Source: an uncultured Clostridia bacterium (lineage in GTDB: Bacteria > Bacillota > Clostridia > Christensenellales > UBA1242). Taken from it: 42,334 bases of DNA. The position numbers were made by a program, and so were the translations under genes. Positions 34,301 through 40,300 of this stretch are shown in pieces (the stretch's first letter is position 1; each line of letters starts with the position of its first letter). The notes below the pieces were generated by a model that made no database searches, was not told the origin of the DNA, and saw nothing but the letters and a program-made list of their open reading frames with translations. The stretch spans positions 1 through 42,334 of the forward strand of contig CAMYXB010000001.1 in NCBI GenBank assembly GCA_947303145.1. The letters run 5' to 3'.

Positions 34301-37300
34301 AGAGTGCTGACAGCCTTTTCAAGATATGCGACTATGCCTTGAGTGTCCCACACGGCATACAACTCAAGATTTTCATCATCTAAAGCCTTGACATCGGTCA
34401 TCACACTGCCTTGCCTGTAGTAATAATAGTAGACACCATGTTCTTCTTCAGAATAATAACCCTTTTCATCAAAAGACTTGCCAGTAAATTCGTCTGCTGA
34501 GACTCCTTTTTTGGTGGAGAATCCTAGGAGAATGCCTGGGGTTTGACCATAAGTATTGTAGTTGTAGACGAAGAATGACTCATCATTATACATCACCACA
34601 TTATCCTTGGAAGGCAGGGTGAGACTGTCGCCCTGAGACAGGACAACCTTGATTTGACGATCTGACTCGCCCTCTTTAAGCTCTGTAGGATTGTAGTGCA
34701 GGATTACATTGACGCCCTTTCTGACGTAATAAAATGTGACCTCTATCTCATCACCTTGCAGGTCTCTATTGTCTCTATCTAAGGTGAAGTCCTCATCAAT
34801 ATTGTGTGTGCCTGAGTCAATGAATGCAGGTCTAGCATTTATCTTATACTTCATGAACTGATAGTTGTCTGGCACAAATAGATGCTTGACATAATAGATG
34901 CCACCATTGTAGTGCGCTTCTATTCCATTAGGAGTGTTTATGATATAGTTCGTCTCCTCTCCAGTCTTTTGAGAGAGAGTGTCTTCGCCGATTCTCAGTT
35001 CGTTTATGTTTTCCGTGGTGCCTTGCAGTATCTCTACTTCGCTCTCGTCATACACCACTGTATATGCCTTATATAAGCGCTTAGGTGCGCCATTTTCCAT
35101 CTTTAATGTGCCGTCATCATTGTATACGAAGCTATATCCCACGTTATACTCGACTCCATCATTGTCCTTAAATGTCATGTCAGGCAAAACAGAATAGGAC
35201 TCTCCATTGCTCATTGTAATGGTGAGCTGTCTGTTGTTATTGAGTGAACCCTCGACAGGCTCATAGTGAACAAGTTGAATCTTACTGAAGATGTCCTCCA
35301 TGAACATATTGACAAGGTCGCCCTTATAGGCATATTGCTTGGCGTCCTCTTGAGTGGTGAAAATGGTGTAAGTGATGCCCTCTGCTGAGAACTTGCCGTC
35401 CACTACATCGTATGGCACAGCAGTTTCAGAAAGGTCGAGTTTGGCCTTATTATTATCATAGTCCACATACACTCTAACCACACTCACCTGACTTGTCATG
35501 GCATATCCATCAGTCTTTATGCCATTGATGGTGGCACCAGTCTTGAAGTATTCGTTGATGCGGGTGAGAATGTTGCCCTCTCTCTCAACCACCAAGCCAT
35601 CTATGGTGTAATAGCCATTTCCTGTGGAGCCATCAAGGAATTTATATGGCTTATTCATAGTGTCTATGTGTGAGTCGAATATTGTGTCGAAATTGAATGA
35701 CACATGATACTCTATAGGCTCCCACACAGCGTAGAAATACATGTCATGTGCAGGATATGTGAGTCCGTCAAGATTGGATATGAAGTAGAATCTGCCTGTG
35801 TAGTCTCCACTCTCATAGTCATTGTCTATGGCGTCTATGGTGAGCTCTAATCCATCTTCCTCATCTATCTCAAACTGCCTTGCATACTCTGTGATATGCT
35901 TTTCATTCTCATAACTGAAATACACCCAGCCCATGTGTCTGTATCCTGCTCTTGTCACAGACATGGCCTCGTATTTATCCAAATCAGCGCTGATGTCACC
36001 AGCAAATTCCACCCTATATGTGCCAGCAATGCCCTTCTCTCTGCCGGAGGACAATTCCTCTCTATCCACGCTTAAATCATCGAATATGATGTCGAAATTC
36101 CTATAATACAAGTCCAGAGTATATCTCGTGTTTTCTTCATCTATTGGTGTCTCTGTGGGCATGAGCATATACTTGCTGGCGTGTTCTATCTTGAACAAAT
36201 TTCTAGGATTTTCTTCATCATTTTTCATATCCAAGTAGAAGTCATAGCCGTCTTTAGTGGCGAACTCCACCATAGGCGTGCATATAGCAGTGATGCCGTC
36301 TCTATCTTGGTAGTAAATGCCGATGGAGAATAATTCATTTTCATCATAAGTCTCCAGATGGACTATTTCATCTGGATAGACATTATCAAACTCGTCTATG
36401 GACAGAGTTATGTAATGATAGCCGTTCTCCACCTCTGAATAGTCCTCTCCCTTACTAGAAAGATACTCATAGATAGACGACAGATATATGTCTTGATTGC
36501 CACCAAAGTATGTCCCACCATAAATATCTATATGTCCGTTGTTGAGTATGGCATAATTGCCATAAGTGCTTTTATTGTTGTGGAAGAACACTTTGCCTAG
36601 TTTAATCTCTCCATTATTGATAATGGTGGCTTTCTTAGCAGAGTTGCCCATAACAAATACATCTTTGAGGTCCGCCTCAGCGTCCTCTGCTATATATATA
36701 GAAGATGCCTGATAGGAGTAGTTGCCATTGAAATACTTGCCGGCGAAGTCATCATCGTTGCCCCTAGCCTTGACTGCGGCAAAATATTGAGCATAACTCT
36801 CGTTCTCTTCCTCTTCCCACGCTTCAACAGCTTCATAGTTTATCTCTACTGAACCATCGAGATTGTAGCTGGTATTTGCATCTATACACTCCTGTCTTTC
36901 CTTGTCGTTAATAGGGTGGTCACGATAACTAGACAGGTCCTTCTCTTCTATTGAGTGCAGGTTTTTGCTAGTAATCTCTACTTTGCCTGATGCAATATAA
37001 ATACCACCACCATAATATGAGTAGTTCTCACTTATTTTTAGATCTTCACCTAATGTGAGTGTTCTGCCGGTAGCATCAACATACATACCACCACCCATAT
37101 AATCTGATGCGCCTTCAAGAACTTCATCCAAAAAACTTTGGCCAAAATAATAGCCTCTCGCCGTGTCTGGCAAAATTGTGTTATTTTTTAGTATTAATAT
37201 ATTGGAAAGGGTGAGATTGCCTGTCTTATTGGCGTAATACACCCCGCCACCTTTCTTGGCTACATTCTCATTTATCCACAATGAGACATCCTCTATCTTA

Positions 37301-40300
37301 GTGTTGATGAAAAAGTTCCCACTTTCGTCTTGATCTTTGTCTGTGACCTCTCTTTGGGCACTTATAGCTGAGACTGAGCCGATGAAACTGGCAAAATACA
37401 CACCACCGCCATTGTCTGCGACATTGGCAGTAATAATGGTTGAGGTAAATGACACTTGGGCGAGATCTTCACTGCCTTGCCCCATTATATACATATAGCC
37501 ACCATTTTTTGCCACTCCAGAGGTCAATGTGCTATTCACAAAGGAAATACTCTTGCCAGCAAAGAATATAACACCGCCATTCCCATCAGCGCTATCGTAG
37601 CCGTCTGTATAATCTAGTAGAACGTCGTTTTCGTAATAGACCTTATAATCTCTGTTTTTGAGATTATTTACTGTGATGACGCTACCTCTATCGAAGTAGA
37701 GAGCTCCACCGTCCCCTAGAGACCTATTTTCTGCTGTGACGCAGTCATTGAATGTGATTCTAGCAAATTCTGTATACAGGGAACCTCCACCCTTTTTGGC
37801 ATTATTTTTACAGAAAGCCATACCATTGAATGTGAACGCCACAGGTGAGGAGTCTCCATCTCCCACCATGGCCATGCCACCACCGAAGTCGGCGGTGTTG
37901 TCACTCATGACAAAATCTGCGATAGAGAGCGTGAGATTCACTCTCTTGAGATACATCGCTCCGCCATAACCTGCGAAGCCTTCCTCTGCGCTAGAAGTGG
38001 CTCTATTATTGGTAAACGAGACTGCAGACAAACTAAGCGAGCCAGAGTTGACAGCCAACGCTCCACCATAACAATTAACTTGTGAAGAAATGCTGTTGCT
38101 TTCGAAAACAACACTGGATATGGTGAGCGTGGAGCTCCTTGAATAAACTGCTCCGCCATACGCCTCAGCCTCACTGACTACTCTATTGCTCCTAAATGCA
38201 ACAGAGGAGAGATTGACTGTTCCCTCTAGAGTATAAATAGCCGAGCCGAGATGACTGGAACTTGATATATTTTCAAATGAAACATTGCCACTTACATTGA
38301 GCCAACCTCCTTCCACACTAATGATAGGACTATCATTGGTGTCGCCATCTAAGGTAGAAAATTTTAGACTGGAATTAGGGGCTTTTTGACCAGTAATTTT
38401 GACTCTGCCGTTATTTAAGACACGGAATAGACTGCCACCGCCTGTCTTGTATATAACTGGGGTGTATTTTCTTCCCTCTAGTTCTATATTAAGCGTGATA
38501 CCACTTATAACAAAAGTCTGGCCCACTGTGGTGTTGCTAGCTACGGTCACGTCTTCATTGCTGTTGCAGATGGTCACGGTCACGCTCTTGCTATTCGATA
38601 GCCCTGCATAAATGACAGCTTCGTCTAGTGCCTCTTGGATATTGCCATAGGTCTTGGTGTATGGTGTCGCATTCGCTACAAATCGATAACCCACTCCAAG
38701 TGAATCTTGCTCAAACTCCTTGAAATTGTTTATCTGTGCTACAGCATTGCCAAAGCCCAGCATAAAGTTGATGACATACTCGCCACCTACTTGACTGACA
38801 CCTCTATTGGTGCGAAGCTCCCATGTAGCTCCGCCTTGCAGAGCGTCTCCAATTGGGTTGAAACTATCGTTGAGACGTCTATATGAATTGGCGTTCTTGC
38901 CTCTCCACTCGATGTATCTAGTGATAGGCAGAGTGAATACGGAGTCTATGACAATGGTGTCATCTGAGAATTCAAAGTAATATAGATTCTTTGAGCTGTC
39001 CTTTGCCTTGCTCACCATACTCTTTGTTTCGTTGTCTTTATAATCAATGGCAGACTCTGGGGCGGAGCCTGAATTCTGCAGATAGATACGCACTTTCACC
39101 TTGGCAGGCTCAAAGACAGGTGTAATGGTGATAGCGTTGTTATTGCTGAAGTCCATCAATCTGTTATATTCACCATTAGAGCCAGTGTATGTTATAAGTC
39201 CAGTCCTAGAGTCTATCTTCCACTTTCCATTACCATCAGGAGCCTCTATGAGCAGTCTCCTGTCCTTATCGTTGACGGAGATTTTCTCTCCAGCAGAGAA
39301 GGTGGACCACACTCCGTCTTGTGTGTTGTCTATTTTCCATTCCTTGAATGTATATCCCGATGGGACGTTCCAGCCGGCAGGAATAGAGGAGAGGAATGTG
39401 AAATCCTCACCATAAGTCATCTCTCCACCAGACAGAGTCTCCACATTGCTGTTCTTATAAGTGACAGACTTGGTTATGGGCTGATAGATAGCATAAAGAG
39501 TCTTGACTGGCACTGAGCCATCTATCACATAAGTGAGGGCACTGTCTACCTGAGAGGAAGTAGCACTTCTCTCATAGTATCCCACTATAACTCTATCCTT
39601 GTCCGCATCGGAGAGAGCGGAATATGCATCATAGTCTTGGACACTCTCGTCTTGCGACCAGCCGATAAATCTGTATCCATATTTATTAGGTCCCAAAGCG
39701 GAACTATCACTATACAATGGATATAGACGATATCTAAGTATGGTGTCGCCACCCACTTCTGTTATCTCTGGTCTAAGAGAAGGCAGGTTGAAAACAATGG
39801 CCGTCTGTTCCCCGTCCTCTTCGTCAATGTATGTATAGTTGTAATATCCGCCCTTTAGATCGAATATGAGTTCGAATGTATTATAGTTAGGTGTTAATAC
39901 ATATATATCATTATTATTTAATGCTACAGAAAGAGTGGCGCCGACAACGGAATAGTTGAATCCGTTGTGATTCCAGCCATAGAATGAGGCTCCACCCGCC
40001 TCTTCTGCCACGACAAGAGAGATGTCATCTATCTCTTCGCCATAACTTGACACGAATGTCACTCCTCCATCCACTCTCTCGAATATGAGTGTGCCCTCAG
40101 GGAACGAAGAAATCTGTCCCAATGTGTTAATTCGAATGAGAATGCTGGAATAATCTATGGCATATTCATCAATGCTCTCGTAGCTATAGGCATAATATAT
40201 CTTGTCAGTATCGAAATTACTCGATGTGAGTGTCACCTCTTTGAGTCCAAAGTAGCCTTCGTAGTCAAGTAAGGTGTGGCTTTTTGCAAAGGTGTCGAAG

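Noticed and set aside
14600-38480. Regular ~66-75-nt periodic motif recurrence that could superficially resemble a CRISPR-like or tandem-repeat array.
   Set aside because: The periodicity is at the protein level (beta-helix turns) within one continuous reading frame. The units are degenerate at the DNA level, there is no conserved repeat/unique spacer alternation, and there are no cas genes.
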